A program made the translations under genes and the position numbers. The notes beneath the pieces were generated by a model. It saw nothing but the letters and a program-made list of their open reading frames with translations. It was not told the DNA's origin and did not search any database. Positions 7,950-15,536 of a DNA stretch of 24,838 bases are shown in pieces. Source of the DNA: an uncultured Bacteroidota bacterium (GTDB lineage Bacteria > Bacteroidota > Bacteroidia > JABEUT01); contig CAIPDV010000020.1 of NCBI GenBank assembly GCA_903863935.1, forward strand, positions 1-24,838, read 5' to 3'. The first letter of the stretch is position 1, and each line of letters opens with the position of its first letter.

Positions 7950-8479
7950 TTATTTAAACCAATTATAAAATAATGGTGCAGAATTGCCTTTCTTTTCGTA
8001 TTCAACTCCTAATCTATCTAAAAACCTTTCTTCAAACTGCCTTATTATTTTTCTATTCTCCCAAAAGCCTATGTCCTTATTTACTATTTTCCAAGTGCTA
8101 TTATAGGAAATGCTTCTTATCGATAATAAGTTTAAAATGCATCTGTTTTTTGTTCCTTCATAAATACTAAAGCTTACTATCTTGTTATCTTCCATTAAAT
8201 ACAATAAAGATACAAAATACGAATCTTTACTCTTCGGTATTTCATCACTTGATACCTGAATTACACTAAGGATATCATTAGATACATGGTACTGCAAATT
8301 TTCCTTTTTAAATTTTTCAACAGCAAGTATTAAAATAGAATCATTGGTATGGAATTCATAACGTTGTTCCCAACTAAAACCTCCGTGCGGTAAAAATATG
8401 TGGCAAATAGGTAAACTCCTAATAACAGTGCTCCACTGCTTCCAAGTATTAGCAGGATTGTCCTTAGCTTTTTAATCAT
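7950..8479 (-). pseudogene. hypothetical protein gene interrupted by a frameshift at an A5 run just after its ATG (ORF-track remnant 7950..8297)
   Basis: The ATG at 8479 lies 8 nt after the upstream gene's stop. The frame of the 115-aa ORF stays open for 58 more codons up to 8471 without any ATG/GTG/TTG. One extra A in the A5 run (plus-strand T5, 8469..8473) would give a continuous ~176-aa ORF. Confidence 0.4.
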
Positions 8480-8487
8480 AAAAGAAC

Positions 8488-10338
8488 TTACGCCCTCTTC
8501 TTAGCTCCGCCCCTGCGAGATTGCACATCCATTGGGGTAAGGGTAACATCTTTAGCGGCAACGCTGCCTGCATTAGCGGCACGGCGTTTCGCTTTGCGGT
8601 ATAAGTAATCACCCTTAACCTTGCGTGCAAAACGGGAAAGGTTTGTATCCGGATGGGCAATAATGCGGCGGATGTTGAAGATATCTTCATGTATGGCAAG
8701 CGGACCAACCACCGTTGCAATGCCATATTTAAAGCCTGCACGTTTTACCAGTTCTTTTACGGAATCATTCACTGAGCCGTAAGGATAAGCAAAGGCAGTT
8801 ACTTTCTTGCCCAATATACTTTCCAGGGTTTCGCGTGAGCCTTCAATCTCTTGTTTGGCTTCAGCAAGCTCTACTTTGGTAAGGTCAACGTGGTTCATGG
8901 TATGCGCTCCGAACTCAATACCATATCGGTTCATTTCTAATATTTGGGAACGTTCAAGTAACGGAAAGGTTCTACCTTCATCCAAATAGTCCCAGGTGTT
9001 CTCCTTCTTACCGGTAACCATAAAGATTACCGCTTTAAAGTTGAACTTCTGAAGCATCGGGAAAAGCAGTGTGTAATTATCCTCATAACCATCATCGAAA
9101 GTAAGGATAACATATTTTTTATCCTTGTCGAAACGGTTAATCATGGACAGATCTTCGAAGGTGATTGGGGTATAATTATTCTTATGCAAGTACTCCAGAT
9201 GTGCCTGCAATTGCTTGGTGGTAACATAGGTGCCATGCTTTCCTGCAAGCGATGGGTCATTAATTACTCGGTGATACAAAAGCACCGGAATCTCATATTT
9301 TTCACGGGAGTAAATGCTCTGATAAATGAATTCGATACGGTCAGTAACCTTATCCAGATTGAAAGAATTGGAAATGGCAGTATATAACTGATCGGGTATC
9401 TTTTCCATTTTCAACCCTGCGGAAATGTCCTGTCCGAGGTGAGATGTATCCCATGAACCAGCTTCTGCAATATCGCCAAAGTTGCTGCGCAATACTGTTT
9501 GATAGTTGTCTGCAGTCACCAATCCTTCATAAGTGGCTTCGCCGAAGGCAATGGTTGGTTTACCCATCATAAGGCTTTCAATGGCTACACGTCCGCTTCC
9601 AATCACTACCGATGAATTGGCGATCTGGTCGGGAACCTTGCCCACAAAGCCCGACAGCGAAACCCTGTCCTGGAACTTTTTGAAGCGTTCAGGTATCACC
9701 ATTCCTCCAACCACATTTATTTTAATAGATGGGTCAATCGGGTTTTTAATACATATTTCTTCAAGCACTTTATAGGCTACATCTCCTTTAGGGCCCGAAA
9801 GTCGTCCTATGATAGAGACGGTTGGAACTTCAGGTTTCACAGGCACATGCACTGGGCTGTAGCGGCTTCCATCCACACCGTTTCTAAGGACTTCAATTTT
9901 ATTTTCATCCCAGTGAAGCTCGCGGATGATCTGGTCTCTTACATTTTCGCAAATAGCAAGTGTATATTCTCCGTAAGCAGGGAATAATTTTTTGCTCAGG
10001 TGAACGTGGTGGTGACCATGGGCTGTATATATCATAGGCACACCTGTAAGCCTTGCCGCTATATAACTAAGCTTGCAGGACACACGTGAGTGAGAATGGA
10101 TAACCATAATATTATTCTCACGTATGATCTTCACCAGCTTAATAAGATGCTTTACCTGTAAGTAGAATTTCCGTTTATTAAGTGGTAGTGGAATATATTT
10201 AGCCCGGGTAGGTACAGTTAGGGTATCGGAAACAATAAATAAGTTGTGTCCACGGTCAATAAGTTTATCGCTGATAGCAGCAGCATAAACTTCTGCCCCA
10301 GTAACCTCCACTTGTGATAATACCATCAATATATTCAT
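8488..10338 (-). CDS. bifunctional GT4-type (GT-B) glycosyltransferase / CE4 polysaccharide deacetylase fusion
   Basis: 616 aa. The N-terminal ~340 aa are GT-B/GT4-like (MNILMVLSQVEVTGAEVY..., GRVAIESLMMGKPTIA). The C-terminal NodB domain carries all CE4 motifs (ILTFDDGYEDNY, HTMNHVDL, FAYPYG). It ends in a basic, GC-richer tail (RKAKRRAANAG...SRRGGAKKRA). Confidence 0.85.
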   Translation of the reverse strand: MNILMVLSQVEVTGAEVYAAAISDKLIDRGHNLFIVSDTLTVPTRAKYIPLPLNKRKFYLQVKHLIKLVKIIRENNIMVIHSHSRVSCKLSYIAARLTGVPMIYTAHGHHHVHLSKKLFPAYGEYTLAICENVRDQIIRELHWDENKIEVLRNGVDGSRYSPVHVPVKPEVPTVSIIGRLSGPKGDVAYKVLEEICIKNPIDPSIKINVVGGMVIPERFKKFQDRVSLSGFVGKVPDQIANSSVVIGSGRVAIESLMMGKPTIAFGEATYEGLVTADNYQTVLRSNFGDIAEAGSWDTSHLGQDISAGLKMEKIPDQLYTAISNSFNLDKVTDRIEFIYQSIYSREKYEIPVLLYHRVINDPSLAGKHGTYVTTKQLQAHLEYLHKNNYTPITFEDLSMINRFDKDKKYVILTFDDGYEDNYTLLFPMLQKFNFKAVIFMVTGKKENTWDYLDEGRTFPLLERSQILEMNRYGIEFGAHTMNHVDLTKVELAEAKQEIEGSRETLESILGKKVTAFAYPYGSVNDSVKELVKRAGFKYGIATVVGPLAIHEDIFNIRRIIAHPDTNLSRFARKVKGDYLYRKAKRRAANAGSVAAKDVTLTPMDVQSRRGGAKKRA

Positions 10339-10633
10339 CCTCTCTTACTTATAGACAATAACCCACTAAAGGGGGAAATATTATGCTCTCTTTTAAATAT
10401 TTAACTGCGGTCGTGCTATTAATCCAAATTAAAACCATTTAACCGTACATTTTCGGGAAGGCGGCGAAACGATCCTATTCATTTGGGGGATAAATTTATG
10501 AAATCTCGTTAACTTACAAGTAAATTCATGGAAAAAAATATAAAAATACCTCCAATACTGGGTTTGATTAACGTAAAGTGATAAAAAAGGCTGGCAAATC
10601 ATACCTTGGGAGAAACTGTTGTCATATTTTCTG

Positions 10634-10641
10634 TAAGTTTG
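10634..10641 (+). promoter_or_regulatory. candidate -7 box TAAGTTTG for the 10664/pepP operon
   Basis: Exact TAnnTTTG, 23 nt upstream of ATG 10664. Confidence 0.4.
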
Positions 10642-10663
10642 TGTCAATAGTTTCATTTGTAAA

Positions 10664-11017
10664 ATGTTTGAAAATAAAAATCAACCTTTAGCATCAAGGA
10701 AAAAGTTCATGAACAGGCTTGTAAAAATGGCCTCCATAGCATTTTTAGCAACCTTGGTTTGTCTGCTTATCGGTATTTTCGGATACCATTATATAGCGCA
10801 TCTTATATGGATAGATGCCCTGCACAACGCCTCTATGATCTTATCAGGAATGGGGCCTGTTGCCCCTATTGACAATGTTTCGGGTAAACTGTTTTCATCC
10901 TTCTATGCGTTATTCAGCGGAGTGGCATTCATTACCAATATCAGCATATTTTTGGCTCCGGTTGTTCACCGGTTTCTCCATAAAATCCATATAGAAAAAC
11001 AAGAAACAGAATTATGA
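10664..11017 (+). CDS. small 2-TM pore-loop (K-channel-like) membrane protein with a non-canonical filter
   Basis: 117 aa with the order TM1, pore-helix-like ALHNASMIL, SGMGP in place of TVGYG, P..GKLF, then TM2. This mirrors the KcsA-type layout. The stop overlaps the pepP start (ATGA at 11014..11017). Confidence 0.6.
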   Translation: MFENKNQPLASRKKFMNRLVKMASIAFLATLVCLLIGIFGYHYIAHLIWIDALHNASMILSGMGPVAPIDNVSGKLFSSFYALFSGVAFITNISIFLAPVVHRFLHKIHIEKQETEL

Positions 11018-12303
11018 AATACACTAAAATTCCATCCAAGTTATTTATTGAAAACCGCAAGCGGTTTGCAAAAGAATTAAAATCCGATGCACTGGCAATC
11101 TTTAATTCCAACGATATTTTGCCGACTAATGCTGACGGCTCTATGGCCTTTGTTCAGAATAGTGATTTGTTCTGGTTAACCGGCATTGACCAGGAAGAAA
11201 CCATTCTCCTGATGTACCCCGATTCAAAGGATAACTCCATGAAGGAGATTCTTTTCCTGCGGGAAACCAATGAACGAATTGCTGTTTGGGAAGGACATAA
11301 ATACACTAAAGAAGAAGCCCGCGACGCATCCGGAATACAGGAAATACGGTGGGTATCGGAGTTTCAGGCCACCTTTAGAGGACTTATGGGGCAATGCAAA
11401 AGAATATATGTTGATACGAATGAACATGCACGAGCAGTGGTGGAAGTTGAAACCCGCGAAGCACGTTTTGTAAAGTGGTGTATGGCTAATTATCCAGCTC
11501 ACCGCTATGAACGTAGTGCACCAATCATGCACAAGCTTCGTTCTGTAAAATCGGAAATTGAAATTGACCTTATAAAACATGCTTGCTTTATTACCGAAAT
11601 GGGCTTTCGCAGGTTGCTACCATTTATTAAACCGGGTGTTACTGAATATGAAATTGAAGCAGAATTGATTCATGAGTTTGTACGGAACCGCTCCAAAGGA
11701 TTTGCTTACGGACCAATTATAGCATCAGGTGGAGATAGTTGTGTGTTGCACTATGTGCTCAACAATAAAGCATGCAAAGCAGGTGATGTAATTTTATTGG
11801 ATGTTGCTGCCGAATATGCCAATTATGCATCCGACATGACAAGGGTAGTTCCTGTTTCGGGTAAATTTACCAAGCGTCAAAAAGAAGTTTACAATTCTGT
11901 TTTGCGAGTAATGAGAGGCGCAAGCAAGATGCTTGTAAAAGGGAATACATTCCCTAAATACAATGCTGCCGTAGGAGAATTAATTACGGAAGAATTAATA
12001 AAACTCAAGCTTCTGAAATTATCGGATGTAAAAAAACAGGACCCTAAAAATCCTTTATACCGTAAGTATTTCATGCATGGCACTTCACACTTTTTAGGAT
12101 TAGATGTGCATGATGTAGGCTTCTTCCAGAGCCCAATGCAAGCAGGCAATGTGTTCACCTGCGAACCGGGCATTTATATTCCTGCCGAAAAAATTGGGGT
12201 ACGTATTGAGAACAATATTTTGATTACCGAAAAAGGGAATATTGATTTGATGGGCAATATTCCGATTGAAGCGGAGGAAATTGAAGAGCTAATGAACGCT
12301 TAA
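11014..12303 (+). CDS. pepP: Xaa-Pro aminopeptidase (M24B, aminopeptidase P family)
   Basis: 429 aa with an AMP_N-like N-domain. The pita-bread metal ligands are present in GDVILLDVAAEY, ASDMTR, HGTSHFLGLDVHD, CEPGIY and GVRIENN. Confidence 0.9.
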   Translation: MKYTKIPSKLFIENRKRFAKELKSDALAIFNSNDILPTNADGSMAFVQNSDLFWLTGIDQEETILLMYPDSKDNSMKEILFLRETNERIAVWEGHKYTKEEARDASGIQEIRWVSEFQATFRGLMGQCKRIYVDTNEHARAVVEVETREARFVKWCMANYPAHRYERSAPIMHKLRSVKSEIEIDLIKHACFITEMGFRRLLPFIKPGVTEYEIEAELIHEFVRNRSKGFAYGPIIASGGDSCVLHYVLNNKACKAGDVILLDVAAEYANYASDMTRVVPVSGKFTKRQKEVYNSVLRVMRGASKMLVKGNTFPKYNAAVGELITEELIKLKLLKLSDVKKQDPKNPLYRKYFMHGTSHFLGLDVHDVGFFQSPMQAGNVFTCEPGIYIPAEKIGVRIENNILITEKGNIDLMGNIPIEAEEIEELMNA

Positions 12304-12331
12304 TATGATGTTTTCTATAAATACCACTGTC

Positions 12332-12406
12332 CGTCATTGCGAGGAACGAAGCAATCTTACCGCTATGTGTATGTTGGGTAAGATTGCTTCGTTCCTCGCA
12401 ATGACG
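12332..12406. repeat. 30-bp perfect inverted repeat (REP-like hairpin) downstream of pepP
   Basis: CGTCATTGCGAGGAACGAAGCAATCTTACC (12332..12361) is the exact reverse complement of 12377..12406, with a 15-nt loop. No T tract follows. Confidence 0.85.
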
Positions 12407-12433
12407 ATTGAGCTTTCCATTCAGAACTAAAAT

Positions 12434-13231
12434 ATGATTGGATTCACCACATTCCGCAAAGCAAAAATCCGCTATTCCGATGAAGGCAAAGGCAGAGCCA
12501 TCGTATTAGTTCATGGCTTTCCATTGAACTTGCAAGTTTGGGAAGAATTCTCGGCAGAACTTTCTAAATACTTTCGGGTTATTACACTTGATTTACCCGG
12601 CTTTGGCGAAAGTGAAAATATAGGCTATGTACACTCAATGGAACTGATGGCACAATGCATGAAAGAAGTGATGGATAACCTCGGATTACGCAGATATATT
12701 TTAGTCGGGCACTCGATGGGTGGCTATGCCGGATTGGCTTTTGGAGAGCTTTTCCCCGATAACCTAAGAGGGTTGGTGATGTTTCATTCATCCTCTTATA
12801 AAGACTCCGACGAAAAGAAAATTGACCGTGAGCGCAGCATTGAAACGATTAAGAAAAAGAGGAAAAGCTATCTGAAAATATTTACCGGAAATATGTTTGC
12901 AAGCAGTAAGGACAAGCACCTGAAAAAAGTGCAGGAGATTGCAAATACCGCTTCGGCACGAGCGTTGGTAGCCGCTACTGAAGGAATGAAAAACCGAAAG
13001 GACCGTGAAATTATTTTGCGCTTTGCACAATATCCGGTGTTATTTATCTACGGCAAAAAAGACAAAATTTTCAAATTAGAAACCGTCCTACCACAAACAG
13101 AAACCCCAGCAGATAAAGAAGTGCTAATCCTGGAAAATGCAGGACACATGGGCTTTTACGAAGCTAAAGAAGAAACACTGAATGCAATAATTAAGTTTGC
13201 GAACAGGTGTTTTAGGATGCCGGTGGAGTGA
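12434..13231 (+). CDS. alpha/beta-fold hydrolase
   Basis: 265 aa with the HGFP oxyanion region, the nucleophile elbow GHSMGG, and a C-terminal GHMGF histidine. Confidence 0.85.
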   Translation: MIGFTTFRKAKIRYSDEGKGRAIVLVHGFPLNLQVWEEFSAELSKYFRVITLDLPGFGESENIGYVHSMELMAQCMKEVMDNLGLRRYILVGHSMGGYAGLAFGELFPDNLRGLVMFHSSSYKDSDEKKIDRERSIETIKKKRKSYLKIFTGNMFASSKDKHLKKVQEIANTASARALVAATEGMKNRKDREIILRFAQYPVLFIYGKKDKIFKLETVLPQTETPADKEVLILENAGHMGFYEAKEETLNAIIKFANRCFRMPVE

Positions 13232-13273
13232 GGAAACGAATATTTCTGTATTTTGAAATAAATAAAATTTGAA

Positions 13274-13930
13274 ATGAAAAGTTATTGTTCTAATTGTAAT
13301 AAACCAACAAATCAGAAAGTCTTGAAAGAAGTTGTTAGAAAGACAAAAGATGAAGTAGGCTGGTGGGACGAAAGCAGATTTCAAATTATCAAATGTGGTG
13401 GCTGCGATGAAATAACTTTCAGGAAGCTATACGATGATATATACAGATACAGTGAAGGTGATACAGAATCAAAACAAGAATTATTCCCTAACAGGGGCAT
13501 GCATATTAGGCCACGGCAATCTTACCGTGGTGTACCTTTTAAAATAAGAATAATATATGATGAGACGATAGATACGTTTAATAGTTTCATGCCTATACTT
13601 TGTGGTATAGGAGTTCGCGCAATTGTTGAATCAATTTGCCAAGATAAGAATATCAACGAAGGTAAAGTTATGTCTTCCAATGGAAAAGAACACGTCAGTA
13701 AAAATTTAGATGGCAAAATATCCGGACTCCTTCAAAGGGGATTCCTTACTCCTCATAATGCAGATACACTACATGAACTTAGGTTTTTAGGTAATAAGGC
13801 AGCACATGAGATAAAACCACCAACAATAGAGGAATTGGGTATCGCAATTGATATTATCGAAAATATTATTGAGAACATATACTTATTAACCCGTAAAGCT
13901 GAATCATTAAAAGCGAGAAGGGTAAAATAA
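13274..13930 (+). CDS. zinc-ribbon plus DUF4145 domain protein
   Basis: 218 aa. The N-terminus has CSNC...(27)...CGGC. The C-terminal helical domain follows the DUF4145 pattern (GVRAIVESI..., ISGLLQRGFL, LHELRFLGNKAAHE). It is more AT-rich than its neighbours. Confidence 0.7.
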   Translation: MKSYCSNCNKPTNQKVLKEVVRKTKDEVGWWDESRFQIIKCGGCDEITFRKLYDDIYRYSEGDTESKQELFPNRGMHIRPRQSYRGVPFKIRIIYDETIDTFNSFMPILCGIGVRAIVESICQDKNINEGKVMSSNGKEHVSKNLDGKISGLLQRGFLTPHNADTLHELRFLGNKAAHEIKPPTIEELGIAIDIIENIIENIYLLTRKAESLKARRVK

Positions 13931-13962
13931 AATTCTCTTCTTATTTATTTCAATAATCAACC

Positions 13963-15057
13963 TTAAACCAACTCCACCTGCTTCTCTGTCTTCTTTGCAT
14001 TCGCAATAGCCACCTGCTGGGCTAAATTTCCTGCCAGTTCGCTAAAGGCTAATGCTTGAGGAGTATTTTCTTGCAATACTGCCGGCCTTCCGGCATCGCC
14101 TGCTTCGCAAATACTTTGCACCAATGGTATCTGTCCGAGGAAAGGCACTTTCAACTCATCTGCGAGGTTCTTAGCTCCATCTTTTCCGAAGATGAAATAC
14201 TTATTATTGGGCAATTCAGCAGGAGTGAAGTATGCCATATTCTCAACAATACCCAATATAGGCACACGAATATCTTTTTGGTTAAACATCGCTATGGACT
14301 TGCGTACATCTGTCAGTGCCACGTTTTGAGGGGTGCTTACAATAACTGCGCCTGTAATTTGTGCGCCTGTTACTAACGAGATTTGTATATCTCCGGTTCC
14401 GGGAGGCAGGTCAATAATAAGATAGTCAAGTTCGCCCCAAGATGCATCATTAATTAATTGCATCAATGCCTTACTCGCCATAGGGCCGCGCCAAACAACC
14501 GCTTGTGTATCGCTCAAAAAGAATCCAATCGAAAGTAATTTCACTCCATAGTGTTCCAACGGAATCATCCATGTTTTGCCGTCACGGTCTTCCAGCATAG
14601 GCTTTTCCTGTATGGCATCAAACATCATTGGTACTGAAGGTCCGTAAATATCCGCATCCAACAAACCAACCTTTGCGCCTCGTTGAGCCAATGCAACAGC
14701 GAGGTTAGAAGCCACGGTTGACTTCCCTACTCCACCCTTACCTGAAGCTACTGCAATAATATTTCTCACACCGGGAAGCACTCCTTCTTTTTTAATTTCT
14801 CTTTTTGAAGTAACCCTCGAACTCATGGTCACAGTAGGCTTGGCTTCTTTATCTACATAATATATAATGGCGTTCACACAGGCATTGTGAATCATTTCTT
14901 TCATAGGACAAGCGGGAGTTGTGAGCACAACGGTAAAACTGACGTTCAGACCGTCAACCTTAACATCCTGAACCATTCCGAGGGTGACAATATCTTTATC
15001 GAAATCGGGGTCTATTACGTTTTTAAGGGCTTCTATTACTTGTTCTTCGGTTATCAT
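13963..15057 (-). CDS. Mrp/NBP35/ApbC-family Fe-S cluster carrier ATPase with N-terminal DUF59-like domain
   Basis: 364 aa with a deviant Walker A (SGKGGVGKST), DLPPGTGD and VENM. The N-terminus reads VIDPDFDKDIVTLGMV. The usual CxxC after ENM is absent. Confidence 0.92.
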   Translation of the reverse strand: MITEEQVIEALKNVIDPDFDKDIVTLGMVQDVKVDGLNVSFTVVLTTPACPMKEMIHNACVNAIIYYVDKEAKPTVTMSSRVTSKREIKKEGVLPGVRNIIAVASGKGGVGKSTVASNLAVALAQRGAKVGLLDADIYGPSVPMMFDAIQEKPMLEDRDGKTWMIPLEHYGVKLLSIGFFLSDTQAVVWRGPMASKALMQLINDASWGELDYLIIDLPPGTGDIQISLVTGAQITGAVIVSTPQNVALTDVRKSIAMFNQKDIRVPILGIVENMAYFTPAELPNNKYFIFGKDGAKNLADELKVPFLGQIPLVQSICEAGDAGRPAVLQENTPQALAFSELAGNLAQQVAIANAKKTEKQVELV

Positions 15058-15073
15058 AATTTCAAAATTTCAG

Positions 15074-15081
15074 CAAAGTTA
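15074..15081 (-). promoter_or_regulatory. candidate -7 box TAACTTTG for the mrp-like gene
   Basis: Exact TAnnTTTG on the minus strand, 17 nt upstream of ATG 15057. Confidence 0.3.
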
Positions 15082-15083
15082 TG

Positions 15084-15206
15084 CAATGGAACGCAGATGA
15101 GATGGTTTATTAGAACTTGGAACGCGGATGACGCTGATTGTTTATGATTTAGTAAGATTTTTATCCGTGTTTATCTTAAGCAATCAGCGTCATCCGCGTT
15201 CCATTG
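15084..15206. repeat. composite palindromic element (22-bp perfect hairpin plus an extra partial left arm)
   Basis: GGAACGCGGATGACGCTGATTG (15119..15140) is the exact reverse complement of 15181..15202. A second partial left arm, CAATGGAACGCAGATGA (15084..15100), matches the outer end of the right arm, including CCATTG at 15201..15206. Confidence 0.75.
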
Positions 15207-15209
15207 TCT

Positions 15210-15536
15210 TTATAATTTCAATTCAGTGGCTGGATCCCAGAACACCTTATTAAAGTTGTCGATTGTATCCTTTTTTACCTTTATTCCTTCCTTTTTAAGC
15301 ATGGCCTCCATGCCAGGAGGCGGGAAATGATGGGCACCTGAAAGTTCTCCGTTGCGGTTTACAACGCGGTGTGCAGGCACATACGGTTTTTGAGAATGAG
15401 AATTGTTCATGGCCCAGCCAACCATTCGCGATGATTGGGCCGAACCAAGGTACTTGGCTATTGCACCATACGAAGTCACCCGCCCCTTTGGAATCTGGCG
15501 GACCACCTCATAAATCATATCGTAGAAATCGTTCAT
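15210..15536 (-). CDS. alkyltransferase-like (ATL/YbaZ-type) MGMT-family DNA-binding protein lacking the acceptor cysteine
   Basis: 108 aa comprising only the MGMT C-terminal domain (RVTSYGAIAKYLG helix-turn-helix). The active-site motif reads PAHRVVNRNG instead of PCHRV. Confidence 0.85.
   Translation of the reverse strand: MNDFYDMIYEVVRQIPKGRVTSYGAIAKYLGSAQSSRMVGWAMNNSHSQKPYVPAHRVVNRNGELSGAHHFPPPGMEAMLKKEGIKVKKDTIDNFNKVFWDPATELKL

Noticed and set aside
7685-8005. 106-aa minus-strand ORF spanning the cyclase 3-prime end and the hairpin element
   Set aside because: It overlaps the cyclase CDS and reads straight through the 7780..7857 repeat (giving LSVLSVLVVKK-type repeat translation). It is almost certainly non-coding.
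8472-8741. 89-aa ORF overlapping the 3-prime end of the GT4-CE4 gene in another frame
   Set aside because: It lies within the GC-richer tail of a well-supported CDS, where stops are rare. There is no independent support.
10429-10656. 75-aa minus-strand ORF in the divergent intergenic region
   Set aside because: It occupies the promoter region of the 10664 operon, has no recognisable features, and overlaps the candidate -7 box on the other strand.
13260-13934. 10-nt direct repeat AAATAAAATT at both edges of the DUF4145 gene, as a target-site duplication
   Set aside because: It is pure A/T sequence in AT-rich intergenic DNA, so a chance match is plausible. It is kept only as a weak side note in the DUF4145 finding.
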